Source: a virus
Taxonomy: Duplodnaviria; Caudoviricetes
Direction: 5' to 3' (one strand)
DNA: 34,129 bases
Virus record (IMG/VR): IMGVR_UViG_3300020044_001318
Span: 1-34,129 of that record
Made by a program: the position numbers and the translations under genes. Below, piece by piece: positions 1-8,713 of the stretch. Below the pieces are notes generated by a model, which saw nothing but the letters and a program-made list of their open reading frames with translations, was not told the origin of the DNA and did not search any database. How positions within the stretch are numbered: the first letter of the stretch is position 1; the number at the start of each line of letters is the position of its first letter.

Positions 1-75
1 AACTTCAGGTGTGGCCGTCACATCCGTGGTTGGCGCGGAGTCTACTTCCGCTAGGGCTTGGACTTCTTCAGTCAT
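1..75 (-). CDS. Scaffolding protein, N-terminal fragment (runs off window start)
   Basis: Manual translation from ATG at 75: MTEEVQALAEVDSAPTTDVTATPEV..., open to the edge. Acidic N-terminus is typical of scaffolds. If the genome is circular it directly precedes the P22-like coat gene truncated at the other window end. Confidence 0.7.
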   Translation of the reverse strand, partial: MTEEVQALAEVDSAPTTDVTATPEV

Positions 76-126
76 GTTTTCTGAATCCTAAGATTCCTCG
101 GTCTACTGGGCCGATACAGTTCTCAG

Positions 127-153
127 ATTATGCGCTAAGAAGGCGCTTGTCAA
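127..153 (-). promoter_or_regulatory. Putative sigma70-type promoter for scaffold/capsid genes
   Basis: Minus strand reads TTGACA (153-148), 15-bp spacer, CATAAT (132-127), in the intergenic gap upstream of the scaffold ATG. The spacer is shorter than canonical. Confidence 0.5.
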
Positions 154-157
154 GCAA

Positions 158-331
158 CTATTCTATGCTGTCAAGCTGTTGTTCTGCTGGTTTGGGAATG
201 GTGGGGTGTTTCCAATCTGCAATGTAATCATCGCCTCCATCAGAATCATTTTGCAAAGTGATCACAGTCAAAAAGTCTGTGTCCTTAATGCCAGGATAAA
301 GTTTTTTGATTTTTTCGTAGAGAGTCATCAT
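158..331 (-). CDS. XkdW-like small tail-fibre-associated protein (57 aa; not in ORF track)
   Basis: Manual translation MMTLYEKIKKLYPGIKDTDFLTVITLQNDSDGGDDYIADWKHPTIPKPAEQQLDSIE. The LYP..DF..LQNDSDG.G.YI..W.HP...P pattern matches XkdW-like proteins. ATGA overlap with the upstream fibre gene. Confidence 0.75.
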   Translation of the reverse strand: MMTLYEKIKKLYPGIKDTDFLTVITLQNDSDGGDDYIADWKHPTIPKPAEQQLDSIE

Positions 332-855
332 GCACCTCGCACAAATGCGCCAGAAAAAGAACCAGTTCCACTATTTAAGAATGTTGATCCACCAGAAATC
401 TGAATGGCATACAACTCCAAATAGTCAGTTGTACCATTCATGTAGATCAAATCCGACAATGTACCGTTGCCATAAAGAGCGCCAGCAAGTGAGCCACTTA
501 CGCTGTATCCACCATAAACAGAGCCGTTTTTGTAAAACCTCAATCCAATCGGTGAAGTGGTGTTAACTTGGCCTTGACCATTGAATTGGTAGTATCCGGC
601 CACGGTAGGCGTAAATCTACTTGATGCGAAGTTGCTGTTGGTATCAAATGTTTCAGTATCAAGAGTGACTTTTGTCCAAGCTCCATTATTTAAAACTTGA
701 TTAGACGCGTTCTCTGCCCTAAAAGCAGGGCCATACGCAGAAAATGCTGAGACAGCTACTTTTTTGGTTGTGCTGCTTTGCACAATTGCTACCAACTCCG
801 TGCCTGCTAGGGGCGTTGTTGCCGAGGTCAGTTGAGAAATTTTTAAATCAGCCAT
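328..855 (-). CDS. Short fibre protein with C1q/TNF-like C-terminal domain (175 aa)
   Basis: Start revised to ATG 855 (GGAGG SD upstream). N-terminus MADLKISQLTSATT..IVQSSTTKKV. C1q-like signature AFRA...KVTLDTETFDTNSNF..SRFTPTVAGYYQF..LYKNG. Confidence 0.7.
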   Translation of the reverse strand: MADLKISQLTSATTPLAGTELVAIVQSSTTKKVAVSAFSAYGPAFRAENASNQVLNNGAWTKVTLDTETFDTNSNFASSRFTPTVAGYYQFNGQGQVNTTSPIGLRFYKNGSVYGGYSVSGSLAGALYGNGTLSDLIYMNGTTDYLELYAIQISGGSTFLNSGTGSFSGAFVRGA

Positions 856-868
856 GCGGGCCTCCAAA

Positions 869-3217
869 TTAAATTTTCGATTTCAAGTCAGCAACTTCCG
901 CAGAGAGTTGTTGGACTGCTTTGATCAGTGGCGCGATAAGTTCTTCGTATCCGATTGACAGCACGTCATCACCACCTTTGACACTGTGGTCTTGGTATCC
1001 ACCGAAATCAACACCAGCAGCATCGCAAGCTGCTTTGACCTCTTGCGCAATTAGGCCGTGGTGGAAACGAGCACGTTTGCGAGAGCCGTCTTTCGGCAGG
1101 ATTGTGACGTTGCCGTCATTGTCGACCTCTCGGTACGAGTCTCGATAGTCCCATTTGAAGTCCACAGGACGCAGCGAAAGAATAAAGTCCAAACCAAGAA
1201 CTGTTGGTTGAACATCGGCCTTGTCTCTGGCATCGGAACGATTTTGGACGGCGCCGTATGCGTAAGTAGTGGTGCGCGAGTCGCCAAGCTGCACCTGATT
1301 GGTGCCAGTTACATCAGTAGCGAAACCAACCAGTGTGCAGTTGGTGTAGCTGTTGGTGGTGATGTTGCCAGCAGAAGTGCCGAGGAACGTGTTTTCGTTG
1401 CCAGACATCTGCGTGCCAGCAGACCCACCAATCGCTGTTGCATATTGGCCTTGAGCTTTTGCGCTCCAACCAACAGCAGTACCTCGGTCGCTTGAAGTTG
1501 AAGCAGCCTTCGCCCCAACAACAACACCACGAAAACCGCCAGTGGCACTTGCCGTATAGCCGATTGCAACAGATTCCTCCGTTTGCGCGATAGCGTCCCG
1601 CCCGATTGCAATGGATCCAAGCACTGGCGCCCCGTCTGCGCCGGTTCTTGCCAAATACCCCAAGGCAACACCGCTGTCACCATACACTTTTGTGCTGGTT
1701 CCAATGCTTGTGGTTCCTTCATATGAATACAGAATATTTACGTTACTGTTTAGCAGGCCAGCAAGAGCACCAATCATTGTGTTGGCGCTTCCTGTGTGCG
1801 CCATGCCAACTTGATCTCCAACAAATGTATTGCTATTTGCGATCTTGCACTGGTATCCGGTTTGCCAACCAACCATTGTGTTGCCGGAACCGGAAACATT
1901 ACCTAAGCCGGAATGATGCCCAACACCAGTGTTGCGTGAACCACCTGCGGTAGCCGCAAAACTCTTAAAACCAATGCCGGTGTTTTGCTCACCAGTACTC
2001 AAATACTTGAGCGCCGAATAGCCAACGGCGGTGTTTCTTGAAGTCGTTGCATATTGCAGCGCAAACGTTCCAAGCGCAGTGTTTTCAAAGCCTGTTTGAT
2101 TTGTAGCCAATGCACGGGCGCCAACAGCTACGTTCCAAACACCGGCGTTTTGTATAAGCGCCATCGTTTGACGGTCGCCTATCGAAATGTTCCCGGCGTT
2201 GTACCTGCCAAACTTAATGCCTTGCGGAATGCGAAGTTGAGTGTCGTCAGTAGCCGCCCAAATTGTGTTTGGTTGCCATTCGCTAGCAACTTCAATCAAA
2301 CTTATGGAGTCAATTGAACCTGCCCACGCAGTGTCGCAAGCAATTTGAAAATTTACAGAACCTGTATCGGGTATTAAAAGAGCAAATTGATTTGATGTTG
2401 ATCCAACAGCATACTGATACCCGCTTTCCAAATAGGAAGTACCGTTGACCAATATGTCAACTGTTCCAAACGTGGAGGTCGTCAGTGTGACTGTCGCCAG
2501 ATAAGTACGAAATGGCTTAACAACAATTGATTGAGTGGCTGTACCAACTGTTCCCGCAACATGAGTGATGGTATTCGCACTGTATGTAAAGTTGGAGAGC
2601 GTCCAACCAGTTGCGCTGCCTGTAAACGTGCCGTTGGACAAAATTTCGTTTGTTCCAATGGTGGCTTCATTCTCGGTGTTTACGTTTACAAAACCTGCGT
2701 TTAGCAAACCATAGTCATAAGCAGACGCGCTTACAACGTTGACGCCGCCTGACTTTTTGTTTGATATAGCAGATGCAATCGCCGCTGTGTCGTTAGTGAC
2801 GCCGTTACCAACCGCACCAAAATCCGTAGGGCTAACGTATTGTGATAGTTTAGCCTCAACATTTGTTGTTACAGAATTAGCGAACGGTGCCGTATACGTT
2901 ACTTGTTGGGCATCTACGTCATTAATGCCGCTTACATTATCGTAAGTTGCAATTAAAACGTCAGCAGAGTCTTTCAATAAAAACTTGTAAATAACATTTT
3001 GAGTCAGCCAAATTTCACCACCGCCAGGAACACGCCCAGCAGCATCTAAAATAATAGGGTTAGTGCGGGCAACATTTCCTGCGCTAGTTGTGTATGTTGG
3101 TGTAGGTGTAGTCGTACCAGCCAAATAGGTGTACAGCTTACCGCCAGACAGAATTACACCGCTGTTGGTGAAGAACTGGGCCGCAGCGCCGCCCACAGGG
3201 GAGAGAAAGACGGCCAT
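869..3217 (-). CDS. Tail spike/fibre with C-terminal intramolecular chaperone (peptidase S74-type) domain
   Basis: 782 aa. Virion-anchoring N-terminus, SPTDFGAVGNGVTNDTAAI neck motif, NTAVG/NTGIG beta-roll repeats, YadA-like SIAIG/SVAIG repeats, and autocleavage domain SDARDK...HGLIAQEV...YEELIAPLIKAVQQL. Confidence 0.9.
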   Translation of the reverse strand: MAVFLSPVGGAAAQFFTNSGVILSGGKLYTYLAGTTTPTPTYTTSAGNVARTNPIILDAAGRVPGGGEIWLTQNVIYKFLLKDSADVLIATYDNVSGINDVDAQQVTYTAPFANSVTTNVEAKLSQYVSPTDFGAVGNGVTNDTAAIASAISNKKSGGVNVVSASAYDYGLLNAGFVNVNTENEATIGTNEILSNGTFTGSATGWTLSNFTYSANTITHVAGTVGTATQSIVVKPFRTYLATVTLTTSTFGTVDILVNGTSYLESGYQYAVGSTSNQFALLIPDTGSVNFQIACDTAWAGSIDSISLIEVASEWQPNTIWAATDDTQLRIPQGIKFGRYNAGNISIGDRQTMALIQNAGVWNVAVGARALATNQTGFENTALGTFALQYATTSRNTAVGYSALKYLSTGEQNTGIGFKSFAATAGGSRNTGVGHHSGLGNVSGSGNTMVGWQTGYQCKIANSNTFVGDQVGMAHTGSANTMIGALAGLLNSNVNILYSYEGTTSIGTSTKVYGDSGVALGYLARTGADGAPVLGSIAIGRDAIAQTEESVAIGYTASATGGFRGVVVGAKAASTSSDRGTAVGWSAKAQGQYATAIGGSAGTQMSGNENTFLGTSAGNITTNSYTNCTLVGFATDVTGTNQVQLGDSRTTTYAYGAVQNRSDARDKADVQPTVLGLDFILSLRPVDFKWDYRDSYREVDNDGNVTILPKDGSRKRARFHHGLIAQEVKAACDAAGVDFGGYQDHSVKGGDDVLSIGYEELIAPLIKAVQQLSAEVADLKSKI

Positions 3218-3222
3218 TTATG

Positions 3223-3387
3223 TCACTCCAAAAGAATCAAACCACCGTCCTCTTGGACGAGGTTGTCACCAATTTCAGTTAAAAGATTACCTTGCACAGT
3301 CGCATCCGCGTATCCCGACAAAAACGAAATAATGCTTCCAAGGCCAATTGAGACCCCGTTGCGAATGGGTATTCCAAAAAAACTCAT
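3223..3387 (-). CDS. Small virion linker-like protein (54 aa; not in ORF track)
   Basis: Manual translation MSFFGIPIRNGVSIGLGSIISFLSGYADATVQGNLLTEIGDNLVQEDGGLILLE. ATGA overlap with the upstream gene; fills the gap to the spike gene. Confidence 0.7.
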   Translation of the reverse strand: MSFFGIPIRNGVSIGLGSIISFLSGYADATVQGNLLTEIGDNLVQEDGGLILLE

Positions 3388-3686
3388 TGGATGTTAATTG
3401 GTTTGCAATATATTGTGCCGCCAGTAGACACTTGAATTGCACTCACACGCCATGCACCGCTAACATTAGCAGGCACTTTGAATGGGATCGGTGTAAATGG
3501 TGGAATCGGTGTGCTGGCCGTCGTGGCAGTGACGCCTTCACCAACCAACACATAGCAGGCTTGGTCAGACCAAACCACTACGCCTTGAGCGCCAGCAGGC
3601 CATACACCCGTTACGCCGGCGGTGCCAGTGTAAGAAATAGACCTGGCAGGGAAATTGGTATCGGCCAACGGGTTCAAAAGTTCCAT
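3384..3686 (-). CDS. Hypothetical beta-rich virion protein (100 aa)
   Basis: ORF in the structural operon with T/V/G-rich composition and AAGGA SD upstream. Confidence 0.65.
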   Translation of the reverse strand: MELLNPLADTNFPARSISYTGTAGVTGVWPAGAQGVVVWSDQACYVLVGEGVTATTASTPIPPFTPIPFKVPANVSGAWRVSAIQVSTGGTIYCKPINIQ

Positions 3687-3695
3687 GATGCGTCC

Positions 3696-4058
3696 TTATG
3701 CCAAAAAGCGGAGTTTGTACAGAGTGCGAAGATAAATCTCAATGATGTTGTCAATGAGTTGCTGCAAAGATGAGTCGGATTTGTCAGCCACTTCATACCG
3801 GCAGTCTTCAATTTCTTTCAACGAGTCTTCCAAAAACTCAATGATGTTAGCCGTCTTCTTTGCCGAATGCAAAGTAATTGGCCCCATCAAGCCATGCCGG
3901 CCTTGATAGGCTTCCGCAAAGTCGTCAGCCGCGCCAATGATTCGGTCGTAGAAGATGTTGAGCGCCACATGTTTGCTGTAGCTGCGGGTGTTCAGATGCA
4001 CTGAATGCGCTACGTCCCGCGCCAAAAACAATAGACCTAGAAAATCGCACGCTTTCAT
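3696..4058 (-). CDS. Dps/ferritin-like four-helix protein (DUF5856-like)
   Basis: HSVHLNTRSYSKHVALNIFYD...DDFAEAYQG matches the Dps-type H..H.N.....H..L...Y......D..AE pattern. ATGA-coupled to the portal gene. Confidence 0.7.
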   Translation of the reverse strand: MKACDFLGLLFLARDVAHSVHLNTRSYSKHVALNIFYDRIIGAADDFAEAYQGRHGLMGPITLHSAKKTANIIEFLEDSLKEIEDCRYEVADKSDSSLQQLIDNIIEIYLRTLYKLRFLA

Positions 4059-6235
4059 TGTGGCATCCCTTGTTGTTCGGGCATCATCCCCTGTTGAGGC
4101 ATCATCTCATTCTGCTCACGGCCAGGCATTTCATTCACCAAGTCGCCTGATGTGATCATGCCATGCACCGTACCCAAGACTATATCTTGAATTTGCTCTG
4201 GTGACATGCTTGCTTGCACTTGGGCCAAGCGCTTGGTTTCAGCCTCGTATGCCTTGACTTGGGCCTCAAAGTCCTTGCGCTCCATGTCTTGCGCTTCAAT
4301 GGATTTGCCAACATTCTGGATCATCTGGTGCATCTGCTCCATCTCTTGGCCCATTGCCTGCATCTGTTGCTGTGCGGCCTGCAATGCTGGATTGTCTTCG
4401 CCGTCTGACATGAACTTGGGATCAATGGTCTTGGCAAAGCGCTTGGACATTTCTTGGGCGCCTGGCCAATCCATATTCTTGACAAACAGGTCACCGGCCA
4501 CAGCCCACAGTTGAGGATTGCCTTGCAACAGTTGTGCCATTGCTTCCAGTGCCTCTTGACGTTTGGTCGCGTAGCCTGGGCCAGTGATTGCTACCACGTC
4601 GTATTTGCCAACGCCGGGGTTGTAGATTTTCTCGATCACAATCCCGCGCTCATCCATGATCTTGTTGACCGGCTGCTCTTGCTCGGGGTTGATCTTGATC
4701 ATCTTGGTCTCGCCATCTTCACCGATGATGCGAGCGATGCGCTGGGTGTCGTAAATCTTGGGGATCAAGTCCACCAGTTGGCGGGCCACATGGCGCACAC
4801 CGCGAGCCAGGTTGTCGCCGTAGTGGTAGGTGCCTACATCGCCCTCGCGCTGGCGCGCAAGAATGGCTTTGCCGCTGCGTTCGTTGGAGCCCATGCCCAA
4901 AGATGCGTTGTACTGCCCTGTGGTGCTCTTGATGTCTTCAGACGCGCCTGCCTTGGCCTGCAATAGGCCGCTGGAAGCCATTGGTGGCTGGGCCCGCTGG
5001 GGTAGTGGCAACATGCCGCCTTGGCCGTCTGTAACGTCTGGATTGACCTCCAAATACGGCCAATTCTGCGTGTTGGCGGTTTTCCACTGGGTCTCATACC
5101 CTTCAAACTGGCCACCGTAGCCAATAAACGGCGCTTTGGGGGCCAAGGCCAGCATCTCGGCCTCTTGGGAGACCCAATAGTTGTACATGCGTTGGGCGTC
5201 TTTGGCGTTGCGCACCAGGCCCGACACGTACAAGCGACCGTCAACCTCAAATTCGTTGCCCACGATGCGAATCACGGGAATGTATTTGCCCGCCCACTCG
5301 CGTTCTTCAAGGATTTCGTATCCGTTGATCTTGCAGTATTTGACTTTTGGGCGGTCAGACTCGCGTGACTTCTTGGGCTTGCCGTAGATTGCCCGCAGTT
5401 GCTTGTCTTCTGGCGTACCTTCAAACGCCGTGGCGTTGCCGGGGTACAGGTTCAGCGTCGTGCGGTCAAAGTCAATGTAGTAGTAATCCGCGATGCGGAT
5501 CGTGTCTTCATTGAGCCAGTTGCTGATCGACTGATCGCCCACACCCAGCGATTGCAAGGTGGTGATGGGAGAAGCGTCTGGGTACATCCGCTCAAACTCG
5601 GCCTTGGTCAAGTCTTCAGTGACAAAACAATACTTGGCATCCGCACCGGTCGGGTCTTGAATGGTTGGGTCCATGTAGACCGAAAAAGAGTTGCGCACAC
5701 GGCCAATCTTGATGTCTTGGTCAAAAGTGTTGTCTTCGCAATACTCAGTCAGCAAGCGAAGGTAACCTTCGCCATAAGAAACTTGGTTTTCGCAGGCGGT
5801 ATCGTAGGCCACATCGGCGTCGCTGATGTACTCAATGTGCCGAATCATGCCGTTGAAGATGTCGGCCACTTCCACGTCGGCGTTGTCGTCCACCGGGATG
5901 ACCTTGGCCCCAGGCCGGTTCTGGCGCTGGTCGTTGGTGACTTGGCGCACATGCTGGGGCAGCTTGTTAATCGTCAGACACGGGCGGGCGTTGATCGTTT
6001 GACCCTGCACCGCACCACGGGTGGCCAGCACATCGGCGGGCCATTGCCAGTGGTTGTCGGGCGAGCCGGCGTAAAAGCGCAGGTCGTCAATCTCATCCTC
6101 GCGGCTTTCGGCAAGCGCAGACACCGCCATATCTAGCCTGGCACGGGCTGTGGCCAGGATGTCAGACGCGCTCTTTTTTGGTTTACCGCCTTCGGCCACT
6201 GCGCCAGCAGCCGCAATGCCTGTGAAGTCTGCCAT
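4055..6235 (-). CDS. Portal protein, P22 gp1-like
   Basis: 726 aa. Motifs RPCLTINKL, GLVRNAKDAQRMYNYW, SGKAILARQ, GKYDV...GPGYATKRQEA; Q-rich C-terminal barrel helix. Confidence 0.95.
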   Translation of the reverse strand: MADFTGIAAAGAVAEGGKPKKSASDILATARARLDMAVSALAESREDEIDDLRFYAGSPDNHWQWPADVLATRGAVQGQTINARPCLTINKLPQHVRQVTNDQRQNRPGAKVIPVDDNADVEVADIFNGMIRHIEYISDADVAYDTACENQVSYGEGYLRLLTEYCEDNTFDQDIKIGRVRNSFSVYMDPTIQDPTGADAKYCFVTEDLTKAEFERMYPDASPITTLQSLGVGDQSISNWLNEDTIRIADYYYIDFDRTTLNLYPGNATAFEGTPEDKQLRAIYGKPKKSRESDRPKVKYCKINGYEILEEREWAGKYIPVIRIVGNEFEVDGRLYVSGLVRNAKDAQRMYNYWVSQEAEMLALAPKAPFIGYGGQFEGYETQWKTANTQNWPYLEVNPDVTDGQGGMLPLPQRAQPPMASSGLLQAKAGASEDIKSTTGQYNASLGMGSNERSGKAILARQREGDVGTYHYGDNLARGVRHVARQLVDLIPKIYDTQRIARIIGEDGETKMIKINPEQEQPVNKIMDERGIVIEKIYNPGVGKYDVVAITGPGYATKRQEALEAMAQLLQGNPQLWAVAGDLFVKNMDWPGAQEMSKRFAKTIDPKFMSDGEDNPALQAAQQQMQAMGQEMEQMHQMIQNVGKSIEAQDMERKDFEAQVKAYEAETKRLAQVQASMSPEQIQDIVLGTVHGMITSGDLVNEMPGREQNEMMPQQGMMPEQQGMPQ

Positions 6236-6411
6236 TATTTGATCTTGTTAAGGACTTTGTCCACCGTTGCCTTGACATTGTTGCCTGATGGAATCGTGGC
6301 ATTGCAGTTGGCAGTGGGTGAACGGGTCTCTTTGTTGCGGTCAGGCATACCGCCGCCAGATATTTTGGGCTCACGGCTGTTTAACTTGGCAATGGGGGCA
6401 AGAGTCTTCAT
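6235..6411 (-). CDS. Small basic hypothetical protein (58 aa; not in ORF track)
   Basis: Manual translation MKTLAPIAKLNSREPKISGGGMPDRNKETRSPTANCNATIPSGNNVKATVDKVLNKIK. ATGA overlap upstream and TAATG overlap with portal. Confidence 0.65.
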   Translation of the reverse strand: MKTLAPIAKLNSREPKISGGGMPDRNKETRSPTANCNATIPSGNNVKATVDKVLNKIK

Positions 6412-6545
6412 TTCTTTCCTTTCGGGGCTGCACGTTTGACTGCATATGCAATGGCCACGGCTTGCTTGACGGGTTTGCCCGCCTTGATTTCAGCCTTGAC
6501 GTTCTTGCGGAATGCTTCGGGAGACTTTGATTTAACAAGCGGCAT
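6408..6545 (-). CDS. Small Lys-rich protein (45 aa)
   Basis: MPLVKSKSPEAFRKNVKAEIKAGKPVKQAVAIAYAVKRAAPKGKK; start revised to ATG 6545. The KQAVAIA motif is common in small phage proteins near portal genes. Confidence 0.75.
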   Translation of the reverse strand: MPLVKSKSPEAFRKNVKAEIKAGKPVKQAVAIAYAVKRAAPKGKK

Positions 6546-6546
6546 G

Positions 6547-6699
6547 TTACTTCTTCTTTGCAGTTTTGGCCGACTGTTTAAAAGCCTTGGCAGTTGGAGC
6601 ACCAGGCGAGCCAGGTTTCCTCATCTTCTCTTTACTGCCGGCTGCAATGCGTTCTTGCTTGGCGTGAATGTTAGCGTAAAGCCCAGGTTTGGTGGCCAT
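6547..6699 (-). CDS. Small Lys-rich protein (50 aa)
   Basis: MATKPGLYANIHAKQERIAAGSKEKMRKPGSPGAPTAKAFKQSAKTAKKK; start revised to ATG 6699; packed tightly between neighbours. Confidence 0.75.
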   Translation of the reverse strand: MATKPGLYANIHAKQERIAAGSKEKMRKPGSPGAPTAKAFKQSAKTAKKK

Positions 6700-6700
6700 A

Positions 6701-6958
6701 TCAACACTTCCATCGTTTAAGAGCTGCTTTAGCGCGTTCGCCATCTTTGGCGTTGGCTGCTACGGCGCCCATCCTTGCACAAAATGAATCTTTGCGGCCT
6801 TGGTCTGCCTTGGTCTTAGGGTTGGGTGCTGGCGCCTTAAGGTTGGAGCCCGTAGCGGCGTTGTACTTAGCGCGGCCCTTCTCAGTCAGACCTGCGCCCT
6901 TGGACACCGGCAACTTCTCGCCGCGTCCTACGCTTAGAGATACACCCTTCTTTTTCAT
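6701..6958 (-). CDS. Basic protein, DUF6321-like (85 aa)
   Basis: GAGLTEKGRAKYNAATGSNLKAP...RKDSFCARM...ALKRWKC; ATGA overlap with the terL stop. Confidence 0.75.
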   Translation of the reverse strand: MKKKGVSLSVGRGEKLPVSKGAGLTEKGRAKYNAATGSNLKAPAPNPKTKADQGRKDSFCARMGAVAANAKDGERAKAALKRWKC

Positions 6959-8478
6959 GCGCCCATCCATCCAGTTGACACTGCGCTACCGTAGCTTCTG
7001 GCGGTGCGCTTGGGTTCGGCATACTCACGATGTGCCACTGGAAAGGCAAATGTGACGCAGATAGCGTCAGCAGCGTCGGGCGAGGCAAGACCGCGAGCTT
7101 TCATTTCTTTTTTGCTTTCCAAGAAGATCGTTCCACGTGAATCAGGCTTCATCATAGGCGAAATCAAGTCCGTCTTCAAGAACCTGTCGCTAGGGATACT
7201 AGCAGATTTCAGCCATTCTCGCATATCTCCCCACATCTGCGCACGCATATTACCGTACATGATTGGGTTTTTGGCTTTATTTCCAAAGTTTATGCCCTTG
7301 ACCTTGTACCGCTGCTCTTTCAACCTATCCACAATACCCGCGCCCAGCCCGCCTTCGTCGATCACAACCAGCGCAGGCTTAAATTCCTCAATCGCTTCGA
7401 TCACATACCCCACCACCGTCATGGTGTCATCGCCCCGGTGGCGAATAATCTTGACAATATCGCGTCCCTGGCGCACAGCGATCACCGTAGCATCAGCTCC
7501 AAAGCGTGCAGGGTCAACCCCAATGATGATTGGCGCCGACTGATCCTTGTACTTATCCCTTTTCATCGCATCATCCACAATATTGGACGAAATAAACTGG
7601 TCATCCCCTTCCGAGGGGAACATGCCATACACCTCAACGTGCGCCTGGCTCGAGTCCGGCCCATACTCATCAATGATGTTTTGGTACACCGCCTTATCAG
7701 TGCCCTCAACCGTCCTGGCGTCCACCACCTTGCTGGTCCAAAAGTCCCGCTTGCTGTTAAAACACTCGTAAAAGTACCCAGTATTTCGCCGGGGGTTGGA
7801 AAAAGCCAACCAAAGGCGATTTGGCGTGTTCTCAGTAAAAAAGCCCGCGGTCACAGACCAAATCGCATCATCAATACCAGACGCCTCATCAAAGATGACT
7901 AGCACCCCGTCATGGTTGTGGACCCCGGCATAAGAATCTGGGTTTTCTGCTGACCAAAGCCTGCCCTCAACCGCCCAATACCGGGTGCCCTTGCGCAAGT
8001 CCTTCTCCACCAGCTCAGTCAGCCAACCAGCCGGCGCAACCTTGGTGGCCGAAACCTCAAACCAGTGACTATTAATAGTCATGGCCAACCATTTGGTAAT
8101 CTCAGCCCAAGTCACAGCTCGCAACTGGGCCTCGCTGTTGGCCGAAATGATGGTCGTTGACCCAATGCGAGTCGACAACATCCAGATGGTAAGCCAACTG
8201 ACTAAGGCTGATTTGCCAATGCCTCGGCCAGACGATATGGCGTGGCGCAAAGTCTCAAAGTTAATCAACCCCTTTTGGCGCTTAACGTGCTGGGCGATCT
8301 CGCGCAACACCTCGCGCTGCCACTTGCGTGGGCCGGCAAAGTGCTGCAGGGGCGTGTTCTCCTTACCCCAAGGGAATGCAAACAAAACAAACGCCTCTGG
8401 ATCATCAGCAATTGCCGGGCTCCACAGAGTCGCCATCAACTCCTGCTCATCTTCGGGTTTGTAAATCGTGGTTTGCAT
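6955..8478 (-). CDS. terL: Terminase large subunit
   Basis: 507 aa. Walker A SGRGIGKS, Walker B VIFDEASG, coupling motif SNP, RNase H-like nuclease IGVDPARFGAD...IDEGGLG...SPDAADA. Confidence 0.95.
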   Translation of the reverse strand: MQTTIYKPEDEQELMATLWSPAIADDPEAFVLFAFPWGKENTPLQHFAGPRKWQREVLREIAQHVKRQKGLINFETLRHAISSGRGIGKSALVSWLTIWMLSTRIGSTTIISANSEAQLRAVTWAEITKWLAMTINSHWFEVSATKVAPAGWLTELVEKDLRKGTRYWAVEGRLWSAENPDSYAGVHNHDGVLVIFDEASGIDDAIWSVTAGFFTENTPNRLWLAFSNPRRNTGYFYECFNSKRDFWTSKVVDARTVEGTDKAVYQNIIDEYGPDSSQAHVEVYGMFPSEGDDQFISSNIVDDAMKRDKYKDQSAPIIIGVDPARFGADATVIAVRQGRDIVKIIRHRGDDTMTVVGYVIEAIEEFKPALVVIDEGGLGAGIVDRLKEQRYKVKGINFGNKAKNPIMYGNMRAQMWGDMREWLKSASIPSDRFLKTDLISPMMKPDSRGTIFLESKKEMKARGLASPDAADAICVTFAFPVAHREYAEPKRTARSYGSAVSTGWMGA

Positions 8479-8500
8479 TTATCTAGCTATCTGATAGAAT
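8473..8500 (+). promoter_or_regulatory. Promoter with overlapping 17-bp operator for the antisense 68-aa gene
   Basis: TTGCAT (8473-8478), 16-bp spacer, extended -10 TG-a-TAGAAT (8492-8500). Operator TCTAGC-TATCT-GATAGA at 8482-8498. The ATG follows 6 nt after the -10 element. Confidence 0.7.
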
Positions 8501-8506
8501 CGGGAC

Positions 8507-8713
8507 ATGAAATTATCACCTATTGTCAACACCGACACCAAAATGCCAGCCAAAATGCTCGAGGCTCTTGGCCTGCATGAAACGCGCTGCGTCGTCACCG
8601 GCGTCAAATTTGTGACCGAAGAGTCGGTCAAAGCATTCTTGACTGATCGATATGGCGAAAAGTTGGCCAGCACTTTTGATCCAAAATTTTTGTTTAGTAG
8701 CCAAGACGCTTGA
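8507..8713 (+). CDS. Small antisense-oriented protein (68 aa), candidate antidote/immunity protein
   Basis: Fills the whole gap between terL and the 489-aa gene on the opposite strand, has its own promoter/operator, and overlaps the 3' end of the 489-aa gene by 20 bp. Function is inferred only. Confidence 0.7.
   Translation: MKLSPIVNTDTKMPAKMLEALGLHETRCVVTGVKFVTEESVKAFLTDRYGEKLASTFDPKFLFSSQDA

Noticed and set aside
328-3217. Diversity-generating retroelement or invertible switch acting on the fibres
   Set aside because: No reverse transcriptase or invertase gene is present, and I saw no template/variable repeat pair.
4206-6136. Long plus-strand ORFs opposite the portal gene (and similar ones opposite terL, primase, ejection and tail genes)
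   Set aside because: Antisense shadows of strongly supported genes, with no motifs or expression signals.
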